NCBI RefSeq assembly: GCF_001447785.1 | Contig: NW_015161413.1 | Span: 103,045 to 167,044 of the forward strand | Direction of reading: 5' to 3' | Length of the DNA stretch: 64,000 nt | From: Gekko japonicus | Taxonomy: Eukaryota | Shown here: positions 22,785 through 35,100 of the stretch, piece by piece | Numbering within the stretch: the stretch's first letter is position 1 | Layout of the letters: each line of letters starts with the position of its first letter | Made by a program: the position numbers and the translations under genes | Notes under the pieces: model-generated | Databases searched by the model: none | Told to the model about the DNA's origin: nothing | The model's input: only the letters and a program-made list of their open reading frames with translations

Positions 22785-25700
22785 AATTAATCTGAATGCC
22801 TATCTTTAAAGGGGGAGGTTCCGGACCTGTTTCTAGCCCTTCCTTTCAAGGGGCAGGGCAGTGAGCATATCAGTTCCTAGGGGGAAAAAACAGCTCAATG
22901 AGCACTTAATTGCCTTCAGAAGACATTTAAATGCCTTTTGAGTTCCATTCCATGGGGCAAGAAACGTTAGAAGGGCACTCAAGAGTGGAACCTTCAGTAC
23001 ATCTTCAGTAACCCCCCTTTCTGCTAGCCCAGTCCTGCTGTATACCACCTAGGTCATGGTGAGTCTTTCAAAAGCATTCCCATGAGCCTTTGAGAAACAT
23101 GCACATTAATTAATGGGTTTATAGCTTTCATAGTTTTACAGCAATTTTAAATCTTTTGATCTGTACATTCTAGCCTAAGCATTTTCTGAAAAGTCATCTT
23201 GCAATGCCTTGAAGTATCTAGCAGGAAAGTTCTATCAAAATTTGGAAAGTTACTGATGAAAAACACTCAGTTTTGTCTTTTATCTCCTGAGAATTAAGCA
23301 CCAGTGCTGGCATGTTCAAATTTGAGAACTGCTATTGGATTAGGTCCTTTACATCCAACAATGCAATCCTAAACAGTTACAGCCTTTTTAAATTCACTGA
23401 CTTCAGTAGGCTTACAAGAGACTGTTTAGAATCGCACCGTGAGTTAGGTACTTGCAAAACTTGAGCTGTACTGGCAAAGGGCCTAAAAACTACGGATGTG
23501 CAAAATAGCTTTGTTTTTTAATTCTGCTTCATTAAAAATATTATTTTTGCTTTATCCATTATTAATCCTATTCATTTTCATTATTACTTTCATTTTTGTT
23601 TCCAGCCGTTTCAGTGGGAAAGATATTGATCTCTCAGTCTTCTTTGCTTTGAAATAGGATGGAATTAGCAAGGATCATATGGCTCCTCCTACCAGTTTTC
23701 AAAGAGATAGGTGCAAAGATCTGATCTGCTATAGGCAATAAAAGGCAAAACATAGAACAGAAATAAAAGATAGATTTTGATGATTAACTAAATTATTCTC
23801 ATGTGTCAGCTTTATACCATATTTATTTGAAAGGAAGGTGACCCTGAACGTAAGACTACCCCCCTAAAACAACTTAACTCCCCCCAAAAAGTAAATTCCG
23901 GTGTCTCCTCATGCTCTGCCTTGCTATCCCCCCCTTCTGACTCCACATACCAGCATCTGTTTTCATTTTTAGGACTGATGGCTTCCTGTTCACTATTAAG
24001 ACTGGCTGACTACTTCCTTTTTTGATGACTTATTGAATGCTTTCTAATAACTTTTGGAACTGATTGAATGGTTCCTGTTTACATGAGAAAGCCTCGGGGG
24101 CACAAATTTCTCCGCACATTTCATAATAAGGATATGATTTTTAAAAATGAAATCATTTTTAAAAGAGATAATTATGATGCGATACAATATTAGATCACAT
24201 TTTTTTTATTTTGAAAGCGCTCACTGTCAATAGGAAAAAAATAATCATTACAATATTACAAATACAACCGTTAAAGCTTGTTGATATAACAGGTACTTAA
24301 TTCTCCATTACTATGGTGTCTAATGTTTTGATTCACAAACCTTTATTATAATGGTCTATAAAATGTAGACTTGTGTCTCTCTGAAATTTGACAGAGATCA
24401 TTCATTTGGAGAGGGGTACAATCCCTGAGAATCTCATCCTAATTAGATGGAAAACAAAGATTATATGCTATGAAGTTGCCTATTGTTCATATGGTAGGAG
24501 AGCCTAGTCTGCTTTCTAGTGATGTGACCATGTCCCCACTACAAATCCATGGCAGTTATTGGCCTTTTACGGATGTCAGTTTCCCTTTGCTTTCAGGCTA
24601 CATATCTGTTGGGGGTCCCTCCCCCTTCTGCACATGTTTTGATCACTTCTGGGCTGGCTTCCCATTCCCCCCCCCCCCCGTGCTTTCCGGGTGCTCTTTT
24701 CTTGTGACTTTTTTTTAGTTCGCTGCCAAGCCAAAGAGAACCAAAGAGTAGAAAGAAAGAATCAATTTTTTTCTCTCCTGCCTTTTGCCACCCCTTGATG
24801 CCAACTTCCCCACCCACTTTAAAGTCATTCGGCCCATCTTACTACCCACAGCACTGTAAACAGAAGCCCAAGGCAAACTGCATCCTCTCACACAACTTTT
24901 TAATTTTTTCCTTGTCATTTTTTATAATTGAGTAATCTGAGATTAGTGATAAAATGCTAATCAAGAATCCCCAGTACCCACGGCTGCAATTAGCCTCTTA
25001 TCTCTAGTTTCAGATCACTGAATGGGGGGGGGGGGAGAAACCTAAAACGAAAGGCGCAAACATTTAAAAGTTGTGCAAGATGTTGCGGTCCCCTGAGATT
25101 CTTTTGATACATGTGCTTCTCTGGCAGCTCTCTGAGCCACCTCCTTGCCAAACTCTGAAATGGGGGAGGGAGAGAAAGATTGGCTGAGCAGGGACTGCCA
25201 GAGTCAGAAGCTGTGAAGCCTGGTTATTTGTGAATATATTGGGTCATGTTTCACTGATCAAGCCCAGTTCTGCACAGCCACCTTGAAGTGGAGTGGGGTA
25301 GCTGCAGCCAATGCTCTGCTAGAGTGTGTGTGCATGCGTGCACATGCAGAAGGGGCCAGCCATGTTGTTCAACAAGCACTCTCCCCTCTCATCTCAGCAG
25401 CTGCCATTGTTGCCTTTTCTCTTTCTCTCCTTTGCAAATCAGTTGCTGGTACTGGCTTGAAAGAGGGTTCAGAGAGGAGGCAAACAGCAGTGTCCCCAGT
25501 ACCAAAAAAAAAAGGGATTTCAGTGCTGCATACAAACAAAATAAGGGGGGGGGGGGCGTCCCCGGCAAATTAAAATGGGGGGGGGGAAGAGAGATGCTGG
25601 AATGTGAAGCCTAAACCTTTTTTTGGGGGGAATTCCCTTTAATGCACTAGTGCACAAAGTTGGGGAGGGGGGCCATTTTAGCAGTCTGGAAGCCTAACAT

Positions 25701-26189
25701 TAAAATAGTGGCTGAGCCACATGGACCTTCAGCAAACTGCTGAACAAGAATCACTCGGGATTCATCCATTTGAAGGAAAGCAATCAGCACATGAGAGGCT
25801 TTAAAAAACTACTAAGATCATGACCAGTGTGTAGGATCAAAATGAATCACAAATAGAAAACCATGAACATTTGCAAGGGAGGGCAGGAAATTAGCATTAC
25901 TGTGCAGCTGTGTTAGGGCATCAGCAATATAAAAACATACCCCCCCCAAATCTTTGTCAACACCCATGACCACCATGTCAGAAGTGAATTCCCCACCCCA
26001 CTTAGGGAAAATTATTTTGATAGACATGAAGACAATGATTGACCAAAAATCTAGAGGGAAAAGAATAATGTGAAACACAAAACAGAATCTGAAACCAAGC
26101 TTCATGACACGACTGCCATGAAAATCTCGAGTAATCTGTGCGTGTGTGATGGGCCATTGTCTCCCAACAACTAGTGTCTTCCTCCCTAT

Positions 26190-26403
26190 CATGTTAACTT
26201 TTCCCCATCTTCTCCCTGATTGAGACCCAAAGCAGCTTTGGTCATTGTTCTCCCCACATCCACTTTATCCTCACAACAACAGCCTTGTGAGGTAGGTTAG
26301 GCTGAGAGACTGTGGCAGGCCCAGGTTTACTTGGCAAAGTGAGGATTTGCACTCAGTCATCCCAGGTCCCAGTCTGACACTCTAACCCCTATGCCATGCC
26401 AGC
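26190..26403 (-). mobile_element. Older tRNA/MIR-like SINE
   Basis: tcctcacaacaacagccttgtgaggtaggttaggctgagag core; degenerate tRNA head. Confidence 0.6.
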
Positions 26404-27199
26404 TTTTGCCAACAGTTCCTTTAGGCTTTCAAGCAGAAAGACAAAACTTTGGATGAGAGTTCTCCCGTAGCCGAATCAACATGCAACAGAGAACCAAGGT
26501 TGACTGTACACATCCATAACTGTGTCTGGGATGTGGGCTTTGCCTCTCGTAGACAAAATCAAGAGTTTGACCAGGTCTTGCACAAACACTAGGAAATTAT
26601 GAAGTAAAATGTAATGGCAGCATCAAGACACATGTTCTTTATCCAACAAGCCTCTGACCTAAGAGACTTTTCACTTTCTTTATTCACTTTCAAACTGATT
26701 CCATCGAGGGGAAAGCTGCAGGGTGCCCTAATCTCTCAGACGCTAAGTGATTTCTTTTTGACAGGACCGTGAGCTGGAGATACCATGATTAGAGGTCAGT
26801 CAGTGTGGAGGAGGCAGCTCACCTCACTTGAAAACTGGACCTGTTAATTGTCAGCAGACAGGAGCATGGCTCGCTTAATGCTGAAATTACATGCATGCAT
26901 CAGTTAGCTTGCATTTGCATTGTTGCTCACACAGTGAAATGTCAGCGCTGTGTCTTCAGAAGATGAATTTCAGAATTAATACTAGTACTTGGAGGCTGGA
27001 AATAGCAATGGGGTTAGCATACAAATATTTCCTATTAAGTATAATGTATGCATATTGTACATGCTGGCTTGGGGAGGGGGGGGAATACAATCATGATTTA
27101 TTTATTTTTGTCTTTTCTGCAGTGCTCCAGGAGAAACTGATGAAATTTCACTCCCTCGCAGCTTAACCTACTCCAGAGGGGTGTTGAGTGGATGGACTG

Positions 27200-27483
27200 G
27201 GAAGAGAGAAGAGAAGAGGAAGAGATTGGAGTTATACCCCGCCCTTCACTCGGAGTCTCAGAGCGGCTTACAAACTCCTTTCTCTTCCCCTCCTCACAAC
27301 AGACACCCTGTGAGGTAGGTGGGGCTGAGAGAGCTCTGAGAGAACTGCCCTTTCAATGACAGCTCTTGTCAGAACTATGGCTTGCCCAAGGTCATCCAGC
27401 AACTACAAGTGGAAGATTGGAGAATCAAACCCGGTTCTCCCAGATTAGAGTCCATGAACTTAACCACTACACCGAACTGGCTC
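27200..27483 (-). mobile_element. Squam3-like SINE, full length
   Basis: Tail aagagaagag, body, and head ttaaccactacaccgaactggct (reverse of the A box). Confidence 0.88.
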
Positions 27484-28457
27484 TGTCGGCCCTGTCCTCC
27501 TTGAAAGGAGAAGAGCAGAAAATGTTATAGATATATATTTTACACACTGCATTATATGTATCCAAAGACTGCCAATTTCGTTAATTTATCTATAACTTTT
27601 TATCCTGTTCTTCTTTCAAGGTGTCCAGGGCTTTCCAGTTCGTCCTTTCAACACCCCTGTGAGGTAGTTTAAGCTGCGAAGGAGTGATGGACCTGAGCTC
27701 AGGGCATTGCACTTAGCTCTTCCTTCTTCCATTTCATTCCCACAACACCCACCTGTGGCAAGTTGTCTGAGTGAGTGAGAGAGAATGCAAGAGACTGTGC
27801 GCAAGACTGTGTGTCTGAAGGAGAACGGGTTGGCCCGAGGTCACCTAGCAAGCTTTCTCACTGAGTGAGGACTTGAATTCAGGTCTCACACCTGAATTCA
27901 CACACTGGCTCTCCAATGATGGTTGATGGAATGTTTGGTTTGGTTTTGAGAAGGCCAGGTTCAAATCCCTGCTTGGCTTTAGAAGGAAGGCATAATGCAA
28001 ATGTAATGAACAACGTTTTCAAATAATAATAAGGTATGGTTGAACGACAGTTGAATTTTTCCACTGGGAATCTAAAGTTATTATGAAGTCTATTTATGGG
28101 TGCGAGGAGCTGCATTAAAGGGCGTGAGGACTACCATCTTGAGAACCACCCAGTCATGTCTGCACATCCCATATTTGCTTGAGCTCTTCAAAGGTTATCT
28201 CCACTTCATCTATTTCTCTATATCTGACCACTTCTGAAACATGGGAAAGTTTCACAAGTGTCTTAATTGGCTCTTTGAGAAATAATGGAAACTTAAAAAC
28301 GAATGATCCTGTTTTAAGGAATTCACAATCTAAATTATGACTGTCTGTGAAGACAACAAACAAAGCTGCTTTATACTACTGTTACAATGTTGTTTATTTG
28401 CACAATGGAGGAATGAACAGTGATTAACACCTGCAAAGTGTAACTATCTTGAACTGC

Positions 28458-29088
28458 TGTCTGGCTGTTCGAATCCCACCGCGGTCGGGGTGAGCTCCCG
28501 ACCTTAGTCCCAGCTTCAGCCAACCCAGCTGTGAAAGCCCAGGTGAGTAGATAAATGGGTACCTGGCCTTAGTCGGTCAGGGGGGTACCCTCCTCAAGAA
28601 GAAGCAGAAGAACTGTGGCTCCAGAGAGAAAAATAGCGGCACCGGTAACAACAATGGCGGCGAAACAGCGGCAGAAGCAGCGGCGAAGGGACGCCCCCCC
28701 CCCCGGAACAACGACTGGTCGGAGGTCAGCAGTGGTGCGGCGTCATTGGAGAGATTGGAGCCGGAAGGACGTAATCCCCATCGCCTGCGTGCAGCAGGCC
28801 CGATGAGCCAGCAGGGGCCGCTGTGGAAACCAGCTAACTGATGTCTCCCTCTAAGAAAGAACTGTGCGAAGAAGCATGTGACTGCCCGGAAAAAAGACGG
28901 AAGGAGAAGCAAGAACATCTGCGGAAAAAAGCCTTCGGAGGGTATCTGGTAGGGTTCCCATCCCCCTGAATTTGTGGCCATAGTTAGGATTCTAGAAAGT
29001 GTGTGTACACATGATACTCTGTAAGCTGCCTAGAGCCCTTCGGGGGTGGGCGGGGTAAAAATCCCATGTAGTAGTAGTAGTAGTAGTA
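28458..29088 (+). mobile_element. Chimeric CpG-rich SINE-like element: Sauria-type head, unknown body, L2/Squam3-type tail, (GTA)n
   Basis: B box gttcgaatccc and ggggtgagctcccg...gtagataaatgggtacc align with the Sauria SINE at 59616; 3' end gtaagctgcctagagcccttcgggggtgggcggggtaaaaat; (gta)7 tail. Confidence 0.7.
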
Positions 29089-30464
29089 CACAAAGCAGAT
29101 ACTCTACAGCAGAGCCATGGCCCCTCCCCATATTTGGTCACATGGTAATTGGAATCTGACATTCCAAGAAGGACACAGTCCCCACTGCACATGTGCAAGT
29201 CTTTGTCCCCCTGTAGATGTTAATGATTGCAGCCAGTATTTTTTCCTCTCCCTACTGAAAAACCATTTTGCAATCATACAGATCTGGATTTGTATTTTTA
29301 GTCATTCTCATTTTTGACTCAGTCCTGCTCCTGAGTCCCTTACTTGGATCAATATGAAGAGATATATTTAGAAAGACAAAAAGTAGCAAATGAACAGAAA
29401 GATTAGGAGGCAGTTGGGGGGGGGCAATGAAGAGATGTGGAAAAGAAAGCAAGCAGTGAAATTAAATCTTGCTGCAATTATCCTTGTCGCTTTTCATATC
29501 GAGGGGAGGGGTGCTGATGGGTGAACGAGTAATAAAGAAGAGGCCAAGGATTTTAGAGTAATTAATTCATTGTTAGGATTGTCTCCTATTCTTCAGCCTC
29601 GGAAGGAACCTTGATAAAAAGAAGAGCGAGAGAAAGTTATTAGCATAATTAGTTATTGTTCTAACCACAAAAACAGATATGTGGGAAAGTGTGAAAAAAA
29701 TAATTACCTCATTGGTTGGTTTCTTCATTTTTCTGATGATGGGTGAGCTTTAGACTGGAACAATTGAAAGGGGTACAGAAAAAAGTCGCATTTCCTTGAA
29801 ACAGAAGTGAGATTAAACAATCGGTTTAGATGTGAGCAAACAGGTACAAAAGGGAGGCCAAAAATCTCTTCCACCCTCTGTGGCTTCTCTTCTGCTTATC
29901 CTGTCATGCTCTCTTCTTATCTCTATCTTTCTCTACCCGTCCTCTGTCCTTAAGGAGGAGTCTTTGTTTTGGCAATACTGATCTGGAATACTGAGAGGGT
30001 CCCTCATGGTCAGCCTCTGAACCTGGCACTGAGGGTTCAGTTCTGTCAAGTGAAGAGTCTGAAATCCCATACTTTTAACTCAAAGATCAAAGGCAGATTC
30101 TCCCCTGGACATCACAGCCGAGGAGGCAACAGATCCACCAGAAGGTAATTCAAGACATTCTCTGGATTTATAAGAACTTCTTTTGTTCAAGCAATGCCTC
30201 AACTGGACATACAAAAGGCTGCTTTAATTTTGTTGTTTTTAAGGATTATGTTTTGTACAGGTGTTTTTTTTCTTGATGGCACCTGTAGAAAAGGTCCATA
30301 ACTATCTTAAATAAAGGTTTGAATAAATGAGAACAGTTGCAGGGACTGTTCTGTGCCAGCTGGGTCCCCTGCTTCCTAGGCCTAGCTCCTTGCTGCCACG
30401 AGACAGACCTGCACTCTCTGGGTGCAGTCCTAAGCAAGTCTACTTGGTAAATAAATTTAATTTT

Positions 30465-30799
30465 TGTTAGGTATGCAACTCAACAATGAGGTAAGTAACA
30501 AGTGAAATCAGCTTTATTGAGAACGAGAACTTCTGAAGATCACACAAGATGACACACGACAAAATACAGTGGAGAACAGCTCCTTTTTAAACACTCCCGG
30601 GCTGGTGTAGCCACGCCCTCGCATAGTTAAGGTCCAATCATATTACATAGATAACAACCAATCCCTTTTGTTCCCTCCAGTACAGTTCTCTTACATTTGA
30701 TTGGTTACAGTTGTTCATTAGCCAATGAGATTGTTCCAGATTAGAATCCTGGCTAAAGTTTCAAGCTTAACATTACATGTCAATGGTAAAGACACAACA
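30465..30799 (-). mobile_element. Solo LTR (335 bp) inserted in a small MITE
   Basis: tgtt...aaca ends, 5-bp TSD atttt (30460-30464, 30800-30804); tttatt and tttttaaa suggest minus orientation. Confidence 0.75.
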
Positions 30800-32011
30800 A
30801 TTTTCTTCAGGTCGGCTTACTCCCAGGGAGGTGTTCTGAGGACTGCAACCTCTACCTCTTCCCTGTTATCTCTGCTGCTCTGATTTTAATAGACTGGTGA
30901 CTTTAATAGACTGGTGATAAAACAGAAGAGAAATGAGCTTCATTAATGACCAGAGCATTAATAACGAGGTTGACATAAAGTATTGTGGGGGGGGGGAGGG
31001 AATTTGGAAGAAAGTGGTGATGAAGTGGGGGGGGGGTATCTTACAGGGCAACATTTATGTCTGGTTGCCACAGGTGACTGCCCAAGTCCTTTTCCTCAGG
31101 TGTGAATGGTCTTGCTCCATTCATCTAATCCCTGTATTTCTCTCCTGTTTGTTGCAGTTGATACCATCCATGCCAGATGGGAGTGGTCTGGGGTGAAAAC
31201 ATCATCCCAGCTGTCCTCCTCTGTTCCACCAGTGCATGGCCTGTTGCTCCTCACCAGCTTTTTGCTTCTCTGCCAGCCACTCACTGTTGTTGCCCTTTTC
31301 CATTCAAGGAGGAGTGGCTTAAATATGTTGCTGGTCAATGGTGTCCTGTCCCTTCAAGGTCAGCTATGTAAACATCGAGCTAGGCTGGTAAAATTGCTGA
31401 CCTACCAGGAGGCCATGAACAGTACATATTCAAACATCCCAAAATCACAATGGAATACACATATTTTTAGAGCTAAGTGGACGGCAGTTGCTACCCATGG
31501 AAAAACAGTAAAATATTCTGATTGTTCTGAGATGTTAAACACTATAAGAATTTGGCTACAACCTCTCGATGATAGTTGTACTGCCAGCAGTAAGAACAGA
31601 AGTTGGTGCCAATAATATAGTGGAATAGATGAGCCAGTAGGAAAAATGTCTACTTATCTAAATGTAAGTCATTTGGAAAGCAATTTGAAAACTGAATGTG
31701 CTAAAGAAGGATTCATGCAAAACATGCTGAAGTCAACGTGAACAGTATGAATGGGCCACTTTATATACAACTGTCAAAGTTAAAAGGCAAGAGCTATGGG
31801 ATACAGAAAAAGAAACTTATGAAAATGTATTCTGCGAGAAGCTCAGTTCATATGTTACCACAAAGCTACTTTTGATTTGATTATGTGGATATTTACCACA
31901 CTCGAATCAGTAACCCTGGTGGTGATGGGATCTTGTTATGGGACATACCCAAACCAGTTGTGAAAAGGTGATGCATAGAATATAACACTTTCTTAATTTA
32001 TACGTACAGAG

Positions 32012-32447
32012 TAGGGTTGCCAAACCCCCCGGTTTGCCAGGGGTCCCCCGTTTTGGGGGGAGTTCTACCCACCGCCAGCCAGATGGCCGGCGGGGGAAGC
32101 CCCACCCCCAACACCCACAGCCACCCATCTCTCTCCCTTTAAGTGTGTGGAACCCGTGTTTCCTCCCAAGCTGGATCTCCGCAAGCTTGCAGGGAAATGC
32201 CAGCTTCGTGCTCTTAAAAGGGAAATGTGGCTGCTCTTAAAGGGGAAACACCGGCTCCTGCATTTAAAAGAAAGTGCAGGGTCCTGCCATTTCTGGAGAT
32301 CTGGCGCACGGGCGGGGGGGGGGCGGACGTCCCCGACATCATCACATCGTCCCCGACGTGACATCATCACATCGGGGATGCCCCTCCCCCTCCAGGAACA
32401 CCCCCAAAGCCCCCCGCTGGGGGTGGAAGATGGACTTGGCAACCCTA
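32012..32447. mobile_element. hAT-type MITE, CpG-rich
   Basis: TIR tagggttgccaa/ttggcaacccta; TSD gtacagag/gtacaggg. Confidence 0.87.
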
Positions 32448-32452
32448 GTACA

Positions 32453-32632
32453 GGGTTGGATCCAGACACCTTTTCTGATGGTGAAAAAGAAAGGAGGGGG
32501 TCCCCTTTGACCACCCAAAAAGTATATGCTGAGAATCACAAGGCCTACATCTACAAAAGCCAAATGGGGTAAGGTTGCAGTAGGCAGGGGGACCAGATGA
32601 AACTGAATAAAATAGTTAGCTGAATCCAGCCC
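32453..32632. mobile_element. Harbinger-like MITE (same family as 37278-37449)
   Basis: gggttggatcca...tgaatccagccc termini. Confidence 0.65.
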
Positions 32633-35088
32633 ATATAGTGTTTTATTGTATGCAATAGAGTTACTTTTGGGTAATGACTGAAACTTTCTTTCTGTTGTGA
32701 TATTTTTGTGATGCAGTTAGAAAACAGAAGCATGTCAAGCTGACCTAAAGAAAATAGTGTTTTGGATTGGGGAAAAGTCCCTGGATTGTGTCCCATCAAA
32801 CAGATGGTAAACTGTTTGGGAGGTGATTATAAGGAGAGATAACAGAGAACTGGAACCAAACGTTATTATCAACAACAAAATGGGTACAGATGCCAAGATT
32901 TGGCTAACTTAACTCCTAAGTAAGGAGTGGGACTGCACAACAGGGGCTTTCCAGCCAATCAGAGGCCGAGTTCAGACTGGCAGTTTGGCCCAGCAGCCAA
33001 ATGTTTCAGGAGCATTTCAGTAGTGGATTAAAGGGGCGGGTTCACACAGGCACATCTGTCAGGTGTCCCCCAGCCGTACTCAAGCCGTCTTGTGCCGCTT
33101 CCCTCCCGAGTTTAAAAAGTACCAAGTGAAACTGGTAGCGAACCGTGTGTAGAGTGGGTTGATTCCAGTTCCCTGACATGTGAACGCAGGTGCTGCTAAG
33201 GCGGGAACAACCCACAGTCGTTGATAATAAGCGCTGGCTGTTTCTGCGGCAGGCACCCATGTGCATGCAGCAGAGCGCAGAAACAGCCACTAACAACCCG
33301 CCAGGGCACAGGCCGACAGTGCAAATGCTCCCTTGTGCTTCCTCCATGGTATCCTCCCGCTTCATTCGCTGCAGTGTGAACGGGAATACTGCAAACAAGC
33401 CATTCCCGGTCTGTTCCGGATCTTCTTTGCCATGACTCCCTCGTGCTTCAAATTGCCAGTCTGAACTCTGCCAGAAATCATACCAACCCTGTATTTGTTT
33501 CATGGACATGAAGATTTGAGGGAGTAAGGGACCATCTGAAATAGGTTGGCAGGACACTTTGATGGTAATATTTCGGGCAATGGTCAGAACATGCAGAACC
33601 TTCTAGATGTTTTGAAGGAGAGAGCTGGTGGTACATCCCAGTCAGAAGGGATTGGACAGGGCTGTTTTCAATTATCAAAATGGGAGGATACCTTCTGAAA
33701 AGTGTATTTAAGAAAGGAACTCATCTGAGTCAGTCAGTCCACCTGTTCTTTTTTCTACCTGTCACTGATCTTTTATTTGCCCAATAACTAGAATTTCTCC
33801 TCCTCCTGAGGAGGAGTGAAGACTAAGCACTAATCCTCTCAGTTTGACAGCACCGAGCAAAATGACAACTGGCCAGCTCACATTATTTTGAAAAAAATTA
33901 TTTGATTCTATTTATTTGATTATGTACTGCCCTCCCTGCGAGGCGTAGCCTTATGTCATGCAGAGTTAGCACTATGGTGAAATATCACTGTGATTTAAGA
34001 ATTTTTGTTTTAAGAGTCCTTGTTAGACTGAGAGAATTCAGGAACAGTGAAATTACTGGATTTGCCTAGATTTTGCCTGTCTTCATTTATGCATGACACA
34101 GAACATGTTAACTATCCCATATATCTTAATAAAGCTAATGGAACAGGGATGTCTAATTGTTTTGTCTGGTTCTTTTCCAAATTACTCTCCTCCATCACTA
34201 CAAGATCTAAAAGAAACCCTGAAATGTTTCCAAGCATTTTGGAGGAGAATATTGTCGGTTTATGGTGACATTCCAAGATATCTGAGCCAAGAGCAGACCA
34301 ATAGAGCAAGTACTGCTCTGTGTAAACATCTCATCTCATCTGAAGAAGCCTAATAACCTTTACTAACAAAGGACTCTTACATGGGCCAGCCAGAAGGGCC
34401 GATCACATCAGGAATTCTTTCCTGTGTTCCCTTGTCATTTACTTGGCCATTGTTTGTTTCCTGAGAGCTGGTGGCATTGAGAAATCAAAGACGCTATAAT
34501 TATTTTCATCCTCATGTTTCATCACTACCTGCAGCTTTTCTGGAAGCTGCAAAGTCCTATGTTGTAACCAGGTCCTGTGTTTCATTATCCATCCATCATT
34601 CAAAGTAAAAGTGCTGCTTTGAAGAATTATGACACTCCAGTTCTTGCAACAACATTGTACATGGTGGCAGCATTTTTTCCCCTGCACCTTGATGAAAAAA
34701 GAGATCATTCATCCAAGAGCTGCAAGGTAATTACAAATGAATGATGCCTGTTGTTCTGCTATGCTAACGATATGCTGTAGAAGAGCCTGCAGTAGTATCT
34801 GTCTTACAGCTACCACTCAGTGGTGCTTATCAGCGGTAAAGCTCGCCCATCAAAAAGTACTTAGGAGGGGGAATCTTCTTTGGTGAAAGAAGGGAATATC
34901 AAAACAGGAATGAATCTTATTGACTCAAATCTCTAGCTCTCATAATATACTCTAAATATATTATTCATGCTTCAGTTTGAGATGAGAGCATTACAAAGAG
35001 TGACATTTCACCTAGCACATTAAAGTAAAATTAGAGACCTGGGAAAAACACACAACAACTCTGCAATATATGTAACCTTGTAAATGTA

Positions 35089-35100
35089 GCCCTCTGCTGG
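35089..35100 (-). promoter_or_regulatory. Candidate CTCF core motif
   Basis: Reverse complement CCAGCAGAGGGC fits the CCASYAGRKGGC core; motif match only. Confidence 0.25.

Noticed and set aside
28798-28835. Hammerhead-like ccgatgag...gaaac in the chimeric SINE
   Set aside because: The core is CCGAUGA rather than CUGAUGA, the stem II closing pair is absent, and no stems I or III were found.
31106-31900. 169-aa ORF or processed pseudogene
   Set aside because: No recognisable motifs, poly-A tail or TSD.
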